DNA from: Aquibacillus sediminis | GTDB taxonomy: Bacteria; Bacillota; Bacilli; Bacillales; Amphibacillaceae | Length of the DNA: 24,000 bases | Assembly: GCF_005870085.1 (NCBI RefSeq) | Contig: NZ_SZNM01000009.1 | Location: 18,616 to 42,615, forward strand | Direction: 5' to 3' | Shown here: positions 16,111-24,000 of the stretch, in pieces | How the letters are laid out: the number at the start of each line of letters is the position of its first letter | Position numbering within the stretch: position 1 is the first letter of the stretch | The notes under the pieces: generated by a model | What the model saw: the letters and a program-made list of their open reading frames with translations, nothing else | Databases searched by the model: none | What the model was told of the DNA's origin: nothing | Position numbers and translations under genes: made by a program

Positions 16111-18039
16111 TCATGATAGGTTATCCAAAAAATCTTTCACACGGTCAGCTGCAACTAATGACTGCACATAGGACGGATGCTCACAAATCGTCGCGATCTG
16201 TGAAACCGCAGCTCGATTTAAGCGTTGATCCTCCTTAGAAAAAGCTAACATAAACACTAGCGAAACAAACTCTGTCCCCCATTCGATTGGTTCCTTCAAA
16301 ACAGCAACCGCAATGGCGGATTGATGAACCATCGATGGGCTACCATGCGGAATGGCGACACCCCCACCAATGGAAGTAGCTGATTTGCTTTCTCTCATTA
16401 TTGCATGATGAGTGAAAGACTCCGTAACGAAACCCTTTTGAAAAAGTGCCTGTCCTAACAGTTCCACCACTTGGTAAGGGTGTTCCTTGTCTACTCCTAA
16501 AAAAACTAAGTCGCCTCGGATCAAAGGAGCAAGCTGTGCCGCATCCTGGCTCCCTGCTTTCTTCTGCTCCAATTGTTTCATGAATTGGTTTAAATTCTCT
16601 TTATCCTTTGCTTCTAATAATGGCGAGATCACAACATGGGGAACATGGATACGGTCAAGTGGCACCGTCGAAATAATAAAATCCACTGCCGTTTTTTCAA
16701 GAAAATCATCCACATCTCCTTGCCCAACACAAGCCAAGATCGTAATATCTTGGTAGTACTGTTTGACTTTTGCCTCCAAAAGATAGGACGTGCCGACCCC
16801 CATGTGACAAACAATTAACGTTTTCTTCTCCTGTTCACGTGTTCCTTCTAGCCGTTCAATTGCAGCTTGGAAATGAAGCACGAGATAGGCGGCCTCATCC
16901 TCTGGAACGTCCAGATCATATTTTTCTCTAATTTCATCTAGCGCGATCATCACCATGTTAAACATATATGGATACATTTTCTTCACATCTGCTAAAAGTG
17001 GATTAGTGATAGGAAAGCCATATTTGATTCGATTAATGACCGAATGAATATGAACCGCTAAGCCTCTAGTTAACACAGCATCACTTTCAAACGAGGTTAA
17101 CGTTAATTTACTTAGCTTTGTCGTTAAATCTGCAACTAAATTATTTAAAAAATCATCTGCGATCGTTGCGAGCGCCGCCTCATCTTCTTTCTTCTTGCCA
17201 CTAATTAAATGCCAGGTAAAATAGATTCGTTCATCTTCTGGGAAGGTGATACGAAAGACGGATTCTAGTTGTTCAAAAAACGTAGAGGTCATATTGTATT
17301 CTTTATAACCGCACACCGCCTCTTTTTCCTCTTCTGGAACATAAACGGGTGACTTTTGCCTTGTTCGTTTGATCATAATTAACGCATGGACGAGCAAACT
17401 TTCCATTGCCCCATCTGTAAAAGCAATCGCATGGTGTTGTTGCAAGTCACGCAATGCCTTTTTCACTGTTGTGATTTCATAGGGAAGAAATAAGTCGAGC
17501 ACATAATTTTTTTCCAATGCAAGTGTTGGAAGCAATTCAGAAAGGTGAGCGATCGCACTCCGCTTATTAAATTCTGTCCCTTCCACATAGTTTCCAAGAC
17601 GTGGTTTGGAAATGAGTTCAAGATCAAACCCATTTAACCATGTCGCAATTTGGTCCAGTTCCTTCTTGATCGTACCCTTGGCAACATAGTAATGTTTCGT
17701 CAAATCTTGAATCGTAACCGCTTTATCACTAACCAATAAGTGATAAGCAATTTCTAAAAATCGATCCTCGGTCGTTTTTGGCTCGGTAGCTAGCAGTCGA
17801 TCAAACATAGCCGCTCGATCAGCCTCACCCACCTCTAGCATAATCCCAATTCCAGGTTTGCGAATCAGCGTTGCACTAGGAAAATCTACTAGAATCTCTT
17901 CTAGTTTCTTCAAATCATTCCGCACCGTTTTCTCCGCACATTCCAATTGACTAGCCAAACTCATTATGTTGACGGTTTCTTTTTTCTGCACTAATAAGAT
18001 TCGTAATAATTCCTTCTGTCTATCATTCATAGTCCGCAC
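16111..18039 (-). CDS. manR: PRD-domain PTS-controlled transcriptional activator (ManR/MtlR/LicR type)
   Basis: 642 aa with N-terminal HTH/Mga-like domains, two PRDs, an EIIB(Gat)-like domain (LIVCHMGVGTS) and a C-terminal EIIA(Mtl/Fru)-like domain (GGGVAIPHG). It sits upstream of manP. Confidence 0.9.
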   Translation of the reverse strand: MRTMNDRQKELLRILLVQKKETVNIMSLASQLECAEKTVRNDLKKLEEILVDFPSATLIRKPGIGIMLEVGEADRAAMFDRLLATEPKTTEDRFLEIAYHLLVSDKAVTIQDLTKHYYVAKGTIKKELDQIATWLNGFDLELISKPRLGNYVEGTEFNKRSAIAHLSELLPTLALEKNYVLDLFLPYEITTVKKALRDLQQHHAIAFTDGAMESLLVHALIMIKRTRQKSPVYVPEEEKEAVCGYKEYNMTSTFFEQLESVFRITFPEDERIYFTWHLISGKKKEDEAALATIADDFLNNLVADLTTKLSKLTLTSFESDAVLTRGLAVHIHSVINRIKYGFPITNPLLADVKKMYPYMFNMVMIALDEIREKYDLDVPEDEAAYLVLHFQAAIERLEGTREQEKKTLIVCHMGVGTSYLLEAKVKQYYQDITILACVGQGDVDDFLEKTAVDFIISTVPLDRIHVPHVVISPLLEAKDKENLNQFMKQLEQKKAGSQDAAQLAPLIRGDLVFLGVDKEHPYQVVELLGQALFQKGFVTESFTHHAIMRESKSATSIGGGVAIPHGSPSMVHQSAIAVAVLKEPIEWGTEFVSLVFMLAFSKEDQRLNRAAVSQIATICEHPSYVQSLVAADRVKDFLDNLS

Positions 18040-18060
18040 CTACTTTAATTAATACCAAAA

Positions 18061-18089
18061 AGTGTATCTTATTAGTAGGAAAAATTCAA
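18061..18089 (-). promoter_or_regulatory. Putative manR promoter
   Basis: The minus strand has TTGAAT (18089-18084), 17 nt, then TACACT (18066-18061). It directly abuts A element 18093-18123. Confidence 0.35.
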
Positions 18090-18092
18090 CGT

Positions 18093-18123
18093 GTGGGACA
18101 AGGGGACAGGTTTACTGTCCCAG
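18093..18123 (-). repeat. A-family element, reverse orientation, diverged
   Basis: GTGGGACAAGGGGACAGGTTTACTGTCCCAG forms an inverted pair with 18221-18252. Confidence 0.8.
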
Positions 18124-18155
18124 AAAGAAGCAGCGAGGACGTGGGGAATCTCGCA

Positions 18156-18171
18156 GACGGTTGCACCGGGA
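18156..18171. repeat. C-family tail fragment
   Basis: GACGGTTGCACCGGGA is identical to 4042-4057 and 9600-9615. It is preceded by the B-like fragment GAAGCAGCGAGGACG. Confidence 0.7.
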
Positions 18172-18220
18172 TCAAGACAAACGTCCAACATCACACCATA
18201 TCTATAGGCGTGCTCCACAA

Positions 18221-18252
18221 GTGGGGACAAGTGCCCTGTCCCCATGTCCCAC
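18221..18252 (+). repeat. A-family element (one extra G)
   Basis: GTGGGGACAAGTGCCCTGTCCCCATGTCCCAC ends 1 nt before the stop TGA at 18254-18256. Confidence 0.9.
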
Positions 18253-18253
18253 T

Positions 18254-18847
18254 TCACCCCTGCTTCTCTCTTCCTCGTTTCCATCTTTTCAGCAAGTATT
18301 GCTCATTTTCCTTTGTATTCACGTTTAGAAGCATTTCACTTTTCACGATTGGTGTTTCTACTTTAACTTTCCAGAAGGGTAAGTAGTTCAATTCGAGTTT
18401 TTTGAGTTTATAGGTTGGTTTTTTCATCATATACATGGAGTTAATTTGGTTTTGTTGAACGTCTTGGACATATTTTTTCACTTCATTGATTGTAGAGATA
18501 TGGGGAGCTAAAAGTAGTTCTTTCTCGACTGTTTCCGTTTTTGTATACGGTACGTCGGTTAGGATGCCACGATATCCTGTCATCCCCTCAACAAAAACCA
18601 TCTGCGGACTAACTTTTGATGCAAACGGTTTGCGGGAAGCTATTACCAATAGTTGTGCGGTCCAAAACGGATGGTAATAGCAAGTTTCCTCTGTAATCCC
18701 TTTTTCAATATATTCTACATTAATCTTTCCCTTTAAACGATCACGCAATGGTAGATTTTTATAAATTAATTTAGCTAATGGAAGGTACTTCTCCTTTTTT
18801 GATGTTATTAGATTTACTTGTTCATCTTTAACAGTTGTCAAAGCCAT
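18254..18847 (-). CDS. Hypothetical 197-aa protein, last gene of the symporter operon
   Basis: It starts 13 nt after the symporter stop and has a G-rich SD. It looks soluble and lysine-rich, and I recognise no motif. Confidence 0.6.
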   Translation of the reverse strand: MALTTVKDEQVNLITSKKEKYLPLAKLIYKNLPLRDRLKGKINVEYIEKGITEETCYYHPFWTAQLLVIASRKPFASKVSPQMVFVEGMTGYRGILTDVPYTKTETVEKELLLAPHISTINEVKKYVQDVQQNQINSMYMMKKPTYKLKKLELNYLPFWKVKVETPIVKSEMLLNVNTKENEQYLLKRWKRGREKQG

Positions 18848-18860
18848 TTTCTATCCCCCC

Positions 18861-20303
18861 CTATTGTGCATCCTTTATTGCTGTGTGATTTAATTCAACT
18901 TCATGCTGGACTTCCTCTGATGGTGGAGGTGTCAACAAGCTAACAATGATCGTTAACGCAAAGGATACAGGCGTCGCAAACATGACCTCATTAATCACTT
19001 CTAAAGGCAATAGCATTGCACCGACATAGACGGTAATACCACCAATAACCCCTGCTAGAGCACCCGGTTTATTTGCTCGCTTCCACCACAACCCTAATAA
19101 TATTGGGGCACTAAAACTAGAAACCAGTGCTCCCCCAATCATCGCGATCATGACATGTAAAAGTGGAGGTGGATTTAAAGATAAAACAATCGCAATAGTT
19201 GCAGCTAGTAGCATGACGACTAATCCAATTCTCGTAACCTTTTTTTCTGGTGCATTTTTATTAATGTGCCCTTTGTATAAATCATGCGCAACTCCTGATG
19301 AGGCCGCTAGTAAAAAGGCGTCTGTCGATGACATAATCGATGCTAGAATAGAGGATAGTAGAATCCCAGCAATAACCGGTGACAAGTAAACCTCTATCAC
19401 GCGTAAAAAGGCAATATCGTTGTTATCTGCAAACGTGTCACTCAAACCAATTCCCGCCATCAATACAAACGCCCCAGTCATGAACAGGACTGCAAATAAC
19501 AGTGTCCCACCAATCATGGAAAGACGTGCATGTCGTGCATTTTTCGCACTTAACGTTCTCATAACTGCAGCTGGCGTCACAACCGCAAACCATAGGAAAA
19601 CAAAAAACAGGGCAAAATAACTGTACCATGGCAACGTCGCATCAAATGCATTTGGATTCACACTAAGCGCCGCATCAATTACATTCGGTACCCCGCCATG
19701 ATTGACAATAATAACGACTGCCAGTACCGCTACACCAGCAACCATCATAATTCCTTGTATTAAGTCGGTATAAGTAATCGCCCACATACCACCGATGGAA
19801 GCATAAAGTGTCATCCCAGCACCAATCACGATGACGGTTAAAGCATAAGGCCACCCAAGCACATAAGAACCTACATACCCAACAGTCGTTAATTGGGGAA
19901 CGATATAAATGGTCATTAAAATAACGATTAAGACAGCTGACACGATCCGAACCGAATTACCAAACCGTTTTCCAAAATAAGCCGGCAGCGTGGTCACCCC
20001 AGATCTTCTCATTTGAGCGGCAAAAAGAAATAAAGCAAACGGAAATAATGCAACACTTCCTAACCCCGTCGCAAGGTAGTAGGGAACGCCATATGCTACA
20101 CCAGACCCTATCGCCCCATACATCGAACCACCGCTTGCTACAGCTGCAAAAACCGCGAATGAACCAACAAAACCATTTACCGAACGACCGGCTAACCAGT
20201 AATCATCCTCTGTTGAAAGGGCTTTTCTAGAAAAATAAATACCAATAACAGTCATAACTAACAAATAGACAATAATAACGGTTGTTTCAACGGGTCTCAT
20301 CAC
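18861..20303 (-). CDS. Sodium:solute symporter (SSS) family transporter
   Basis: 480 aa with about 13 TM segments and typical SSS N-terminal blocks (YWLAGRSV, GGSMYGAIG). The start is GTG at 20303 or ATG at 20300, after AAGGAG. Confidence 0.85.
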   Translation of the reverse strand: MMRPVETTVIIVYLLVMTVIGIYFSRKALSTEDDYWLAGRSVNGFVGSFAVFAAVASGGSMYGAIGSGVAYGVPYYLATGLGSVALFPFALFLFAAQMRRSGVTTLPAYFGKRFGNSVRIVSAVLIVILMTIYIVPQLTTVGYVGSYVLGWPYALTVIVIGAGMTLYASIGGMWAITYTDLIQGIMMVAGVAVLAVVIIVNHGGVPNVIDAALSVNPNAFDATLPWYSYFALFFVFLWFAVVTPAAVMRTLSAKNARHARLSMIGGTLLFAVLFMTGAFVLMAGIGLSDTFADNNDIAFLRVIEVYLSPVIAGILLSSILASIMSSTDAFLLAASSGVAHDLYKGHINKNAPEKKVTRIGLVVMLLAATIAIVLSLNPPPLLHVMIAMIGGALVSSFSAPILLGLWWKRANKPGALAGVIGGITVYVGAMLLPLEVINEVMFATPVSFALTIIVSLLTPPPSEEVQHEVELNHTAIKDAQ

Positions 20304-20324
20304 ACATCACTCCTTTATGATTTA

Positions 20325-20540
20325 TTATTCTTCGTCCTCAACCTTCTCCGCCCAAAAGACAAAAATGATTGATTGGGTCGTCCATATAAAAAAGCCTATA
20401 ATCATCAACCAATTAAAGAGAGGTATTCCTAACCAACCAGGACTAGTGGGGAACCATGCAAAAAGAAAAATGGCATAGGCAATTAAAATAACCGTCATAA
20501 TAATTCCCGGGTTTTTCATGATATTTTTCTTTTGTTTCAT
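20325..20540 (-). CDS. Small 2-TM membrane protein upstream of the symporter (YhjC/DUF3311-like accessory gene)
   Basis: I trimmed it to MKQKKNIMKNPGIIMTVILIAYAIF... (ATG at 20540, GGAGG 9 nt upstream). It has two hydrophobic helices. Its position mimics the small genes known to precede SSS transporters. The family name is from memory. Confidence 0.55.
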   Translation of the reverse strand: MKQKKNIMKNPGIIMTVILIAYAIFLFAWFPTSPGWLGIPLFNWLMIIGFFIWTTQSIIFVFWAEKVEDEE

Positions 20541-20760
20541 CACCTTTCGCCTCCAATCATTTTTTAAAAAATTTTCCTTGCAAACTACAGGGATACGACG
20601 ACCCATTAAGAAAGGGCTTACATTTTAATCGGAAATAATGTGTCCCCCAGTTACGAGGGCTATCCGTTTTTTATGCAAACCACATCACCCTTTTTTTCTT
20701 TCCTTAAAAGATCTATATGCATAAAAGTATTTTTGTATACAATTAATTTGGTACAAACAG

Positions 20761-20800
20761 AAAAAATAAAAAAAGAAGCAACGGGACGGTCTCCTGCTTC
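20761..20800 (-). terminator. B-family hairpin, intrinsic terminator downstream of the TRAP operon
   Basis: The minus strand reads GAAGCAGGAGACCGTCCCGTTGCTTC followed by TTTTTTTATTTTTT. Confidence 0.65.
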
Positions 20801-20867
20801 ATTGTTGAGGAAGTAGAGAATTGGCCCTTGCTTACGACGATATTAAGCACTATTAATACAGTCTTGT

Positions 20868-20904
20868 TAAAAAGACCCACCACGCCTCTGTAAGAAGCGT
20901 GGTG
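20868..20904 (-). terminator. Second terminator-like hairpin downstream of the TRAP operon
   Basis: The minus strand reads CACCACGC-TTCTTACAGAG-GCGTGGTG followed by GGTCTTTTTAAC. Confidence 0.5.
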
Positions 20905-20960
20905 ATTTCTGTTACCTAGTGTCAATAATTGATTTGTTTACGCATTTAGAAAAAGGGAAT

Positions 20961-20983
20961 CTCAAGTACAGTTCTTGTGCTTC
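20961..20983. repeat. Partial B-family element
   Basis: The reverse complement GGAAGCACAAGAACTGTACTTGAG matches the left half of family B (GAAGCACAAGAACCGT). Confidence 0.5.
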
Positions 20984-21054
20984 CTTCTGTGATATCAAGT
21001 ACTTAAAACCGCCACCACCCAACAATATATAACCATAAACATCGCCTAGTCACC

Positions 21055-23010
21055 TTAACTTCCACCGCCACCTTTAAACAACCTCAACTGGGACAAGTGC
21101 CCTGTCCCCATGTCCCACTTTTGGTGGAGGATCACTGCTAGGAGTAGGGCAATTCCTATGGTATCTGTTAGTGTGCCTGGATATAGCATTAGAACGCCGC
21201 TTGCGATAAGCAAAATTCGTTCTAGATAGTTAGCAACCATAAGCAACCATCCGATGGCGCCACCTGCTAAGGTGATCACACCGATCGTCGCGGTAAGGAA
21301 GGCCATAACAATTTGAATTGGAGAGCCATTCATCAATAAGGACGGTTCTACTACAAACATAAACGGGACGATAAACCCAACTAAGCCTAACCGGACAGCT
21401 TCCAACCCTACTCGATTTGGATTGCTACCCGAGATTCCTGCTGCTGCAAAAGCTGCGACAGCAACTGGCGGCGTAATCGCTGAAAAAATCGAGAAATATA
21501 CAATAAACAAATGGGCAGCCACTGTTGGAACCCCTAATTCGATTAACGCCGGTGCTGCCAACATCGCTGTTAAAATATAAGCGGCTGCAACTGGCATGCC
21601 CATTCCTAAAACGATACAAATAAGCATTACCAATAATAATGTAGGAAAAAGCATTCCATCTGTTAATCCAAGTACAATACTTGTTAATTTCCCACCAAGT
21701 CCAGTCGACATGATGCCCGCAATGACTAACCCTGCTGCTGCACATGCCGTTGTCACTGGTATCGAGGACTTAGCCCCAACAACCATCGCTTCAAAAATTT
21801 CTTTCCATCCCATCCGTGTCCGTTTACGGAACCAGCTTACAATTACAATCGATACAATCCCATAAAATCCTGTTCTAGAAGCACTATACCCTTGCAACAG
21901 CAACAAGACCAACACAATTAACGGAATAAAATAATACCATCCTTGTTTTAACACATCTGAAATCTTAGGAATATCTTGTTTCGCTGCATGCGGCAAATCT
22001 AATCGCAACGCTTCAAAATGAACCATGCTTAATAATGACACATAGTAAAGAATTCCTGGGATCATTGCTGCGATCACAATCGAACCATAGGAAACATTCG
22101 TAACGGCAGCCATCAAAAACGCTGATGATCCCATTATTGGGGGTAAAATACTTCCTCCAGTGGAAGCAGCCGCTTCAATCGCTGCCGCAAATGACGGTTT
22201 ATATCCCACTTTTTTACTTACAGGTATGGTAAAAGCTCCTGTCGTCACTACGTTTGCCGTTGGACTACCGGAAATGGAACCAAATAACGCACTGGTCAGC
22301 ACCGCCACCTTAGCCGCTCCTCCTTTTGATGTACCGGCAATCGCCGTTGACAAACGGAAGAAAAATTCTCCAGCTCCCGCCTTTTGCAAAAACGCCCCAA
22401 ACAATAAAAACATAAACACAAACGAAGCAGCAACGGACACTGGAGAACCCCATAACCCATTTAAACTAAAGGCCAAATCATCTAAAATCGTAATCGGAGC
22501 AAATTCCCTGTGCCCCAACAGACCGCTGAAATGATGCCCCCATAAAGCATAACTGAGGCCTACTACCACGATCATAACAATTGGAACACCGATCGTTCTT
22601 CTGGCTGCTTCGATACTTAGAAGTACGAACACAAGACCAAAAAAGACATCGGCATTTGTGAGTGGGTCCATAATCGGAATCCTTTGTGCTATCCGGTCTG
22701 CATGAATCGTGAAATAGACTCCCGCCCCAAGCGCTAATAACGCACAGAGATAATCGAGGTAGGATGGCATATGACTGGATGCTTTTTTACCTACTTTTGA
22801 ATAACGATAAAATAAAAAAGTCAATCCAATGATAAAAGCCAAATGAATTGCCATCTGATTGATTGGGTTCAATTTTCCCCAAACAACCGACCAGACTTGA
22901 AATACGGATAATAAACAGGCGATAATGTTAAATAGTTTCCGATGGCCACCCGACAAATCACGCTTTTCTCCTGCTGCCAACCATCCTACTACTCTCGTTT
23001 TCATGTTCAC
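21055..23010 (-). CDS. TRAP transporter fused permease (TAXI-associated DctQM-type)
   Basis: 651 aa and highly polytopic, immediately downstream of a TAXI receptor gene. The last 20 or so codons read through A element 21088-21118. Confidence 0.9.
   Translation of the reverse strand: MNMKTRVVGWLAAGEKRDLSGGHRKLFNIIACLLSVFQVWSVVWGKLNPINQMAIHLAFIIGLTFLFYRYSKVGKKASSHMPSYLDYLCALLALGAGVYFTIHADRIAQRIPIMDPLTNADVFFGLVFVLLSIEAARRTIGVPIVMIVVVGLSYALWGHHFSGLLGHREFAPITILDDLAFSLNGLWGSPVSVAASFVFMFLLFGAFLQKAGAGEFFFRLSTAIAGTSKGGAAKVAVLTSALFGSISGSPTANVVTTGAFTIPVSKKVGYKPSFAAAIEAAASTGGSILPPIMGSSAFLMAAVTNVSYGSIVIAAMIPGILYYVSLLSMVHFEALRLDLPHAAKQDIPKISDVLKQGWYYFIPLIVLVLLLLQGYSASRTGFYGIVSIVIVSWFRKRTRMGWKEIFEAMVVGAKSSIPVTTACAAAGLVIAGIMSTGLGGKLTSIVLGLTDGMLFPTLLLVMLICIVLGMGMPVAAAYILTAMLAAPALIELGVPTVAAHLFIVYFSIFSAITPPVAVAAFAAAGISGSNPNRVGLEAVRLGLVGFIVPFMFVVEPSLLMNGSPIQIVMAFLTATIGVITLAGGAIGWLLMVANYLERILLIASGVLMLYPGTLTDTIGIALLLAVILHQKWDMGTGHLSQLRLFKGGGGS
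21088..21118 (+). repeat. A-family element inside the 3' end of the TRAP permease ORF
   Basis: CTGGGACAAGTGCCCTGTCCCCATGTCCCAC is translated on the minus strand as ..KWDMGTGHLSQ.. Confidence 0.9.
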
Positions 23011-23041
23011 GAATCACGACCTCTTTTCTAAAGTTCCATGT

Positions 23042-24000
23042 TTAGTTCACATCATCGCTTTCAACTAATCCCGCATCTTGGAAAAACTTCTCAGCACCAG
23101 GATGAAGCGGAACAGCACCAACATCCATAATCGTTTCATCTGTTAAATTGGTAAATTCCTCATGCACCGTTCCTAAATAATCGATATTTTCATAGATTGA
23201 TTTGGTAACTTGGTACACTTCATCCTCTGATACGTCCTTATGCACCACCAGAATAACTGGCGTATTCACCGTCGCTACATCCTCTTTTAAAAAGTCATAG
23301 CCACCTGCTTCAATCACACCAGCTTCCATTCCAAGATTTTCTGACACCGCTTGAATAACTGCTTCATCCAATGAGAACATCTTGAAGTCCATTGTCGTTG
23401 ATGCTTCGAGAATGTCACTAGAAGGAACGGACAATGCATCACCAGTGCCATCTATCCGGTTATCAGCCATTAATTCAAACGTTTTGGTTCCTCCTAAATG
23501 ATCCACAGATCCGCCCCATGCAATAATGTCATCGTAGGTAACCCCGTATTCCTGCAGAATATTCCTTGTAATCATTTCACCCGGTGATCCTTTTTGATCG
23601 ACAGCCAAACGAAGGGGGACTTCCTGTTCAACAATTTCCTCAAAAGAATCATAATCCGCATCGGCTTTTACAACAAATTGATAATAATTTGCCGGGATCA
23701 CAACACTAATTGCTCGAACATCTTCATAAGCCTGGTCATACGGTTCTTCCCCTTTGTAAGCAGCATAGGCGGTCATCGCATAGGAAAGGCCATATGGAAT
23801 CGTGTTTGTCCCAACAGTTGCGGGATTTTCAACGATCCCACCTGGTTCAACGGTAATGAAAGCATCTTTGTTTTCTCGCCGAATCGATTCTGCTATCCCT
23901 TCTGTAAATACTGACCATGCACCACCAGTACGTCCGCCGATAATGGTCGTTTCCATTTCTTCCTTTGCTGTATCGCTAGACTCTGAATTCGTTGCTTCTG
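23042..24000 (-). CDS. TRAP transporter solute receptor, TAXI family (N-terminus beyond right edge)
   Basis: IIGGRTGGAWSVFTEGIAESI is TAXI-like. The frame stays open upstream of the track's ATG (23956) to the window edge as ..EATNSESSDTAKEE, which looks like a lipoprotein linker. The true start is therefore outside the window. Confidence 0.85.
   Translation of the reverse strand, partial: EATNSESSDTAKEEMETTIIGGRTGGAWSVFTEGIAESIRRENKDAFITVEPGGIVENPATVGTNTIPYGLSYAMTAYAAYKGEEPYDQAYEDVRAISVVIPANYYQFVVKADADYDSFEEIVEQEVPLRLAVDQKGSPGEMITRNILQEYGVTYDDIIAWGGSVDHLGGTKTFELMADNRIDGTGDALSVPSSDILEASTTMDFKMFSLDEAVIQAVSENLGMEAGVIEAGGYDFLKEDVATVNTPVILVVHKDVSEDEVYQVTKSIYENIDYLGTVHEEFTNLTDETIMDVGAVPLHPGAEKFFQDAGLVESDDVN

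Noticed and set aside
15779-16238. Track ORFs 15779-16000 and 15969-16238 in the manR-manP spacer
   Set aside because: They have no SD and a G-tract-driven odd composition (GMGGWGKCG). The second overlaps the manR 3' end. I treat the region as non-coding structured DNA.
16271-16281. A-like fragments CTGTCCCCCAT inside manR, AGTGGGACG at 15822-15830 and TGTCCCCCAG at 20641-20650
   Set aside because: They match only 9-11 nt, lack the partner arm, and are compatible with chance.
18062-18386. Three overlapping track ORFs (18062-18328 and 18093-18386 plus-strand, 18072-18284 minus-strand)
   Set aside because: They are translated from A/B/C repeat sequence (peptides such as WGQVPCPHVPL and WDMGTGHLS recur wherever the repeat occurs). 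They overlap the 3' end of the real gene 18254-18847 and have no SD.
20743-20925. 60-aa minus-strand ORF
   Set aside because: It spans two terminator hairpins and a poly-T/poly-A tract (its LLLFLFFLF tail comes from the U-run). It has no SD.
2678-21118. A-family repeats as a CRISPR array
   Set aside because: The spacing is irregular on a kilobase scale, with whole genes between copies and mixed orientations. No cas genes are present.

Overview
The window looks like low-GC Firmicute (Bacillaceae-like) chromosome, transcribed almost entirely on the minus strand. I found no tRNA, rRNA, CRISPR array or transposase.

Genes, left to right:
- A 3'-truncated MsmX/UgpC-type ABC ATPase, missing from the ORF track because it runs off the edge, divergent from a secreted glycerophosphodiesterase.
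- A coiled-coil protein built from 42-bp tandem repeats.
- A PLP aminotransferase and a YjiH-like membrane protein.
- A Baeyer-Villiger monooxygenase plus HSL-type esterase cassette.
- A small accessory island: a 98-aa ORF on the minus strand, then a plus-strand PD-(D/E)XK RecB-like nuclease coupled to a 186-aa unknown.
- A mannose PTS locus, manR then manP-manA-SIS.
- An SSS symporter operon with a small 2-TM protein and a 197-aa unknown.
- A TAXI-TRAP transporter whose binding-protein gene runs off the right edge.

The most unusual property is the non-coding space, which is saturated by three dispersed repeat families:
- A: a 31-bp GC-rich GGGACA/TGTCCC element, 9 copies. Five sit within 1 nt of a stop codon and one lies inside a gene's 3' end.
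- B: a roughly 27-bp GAAGCA..GAACCGTCCC..TGCTTC hairpin, 8 copies, several acting as terminators.
- C: a 155-bp two-hairpin element with compensatory substitutions, 2 full copies and 1 partial.

The best candidates for something undescribed are the A/B/C repeat network and the repeat-bounded nuclease island.
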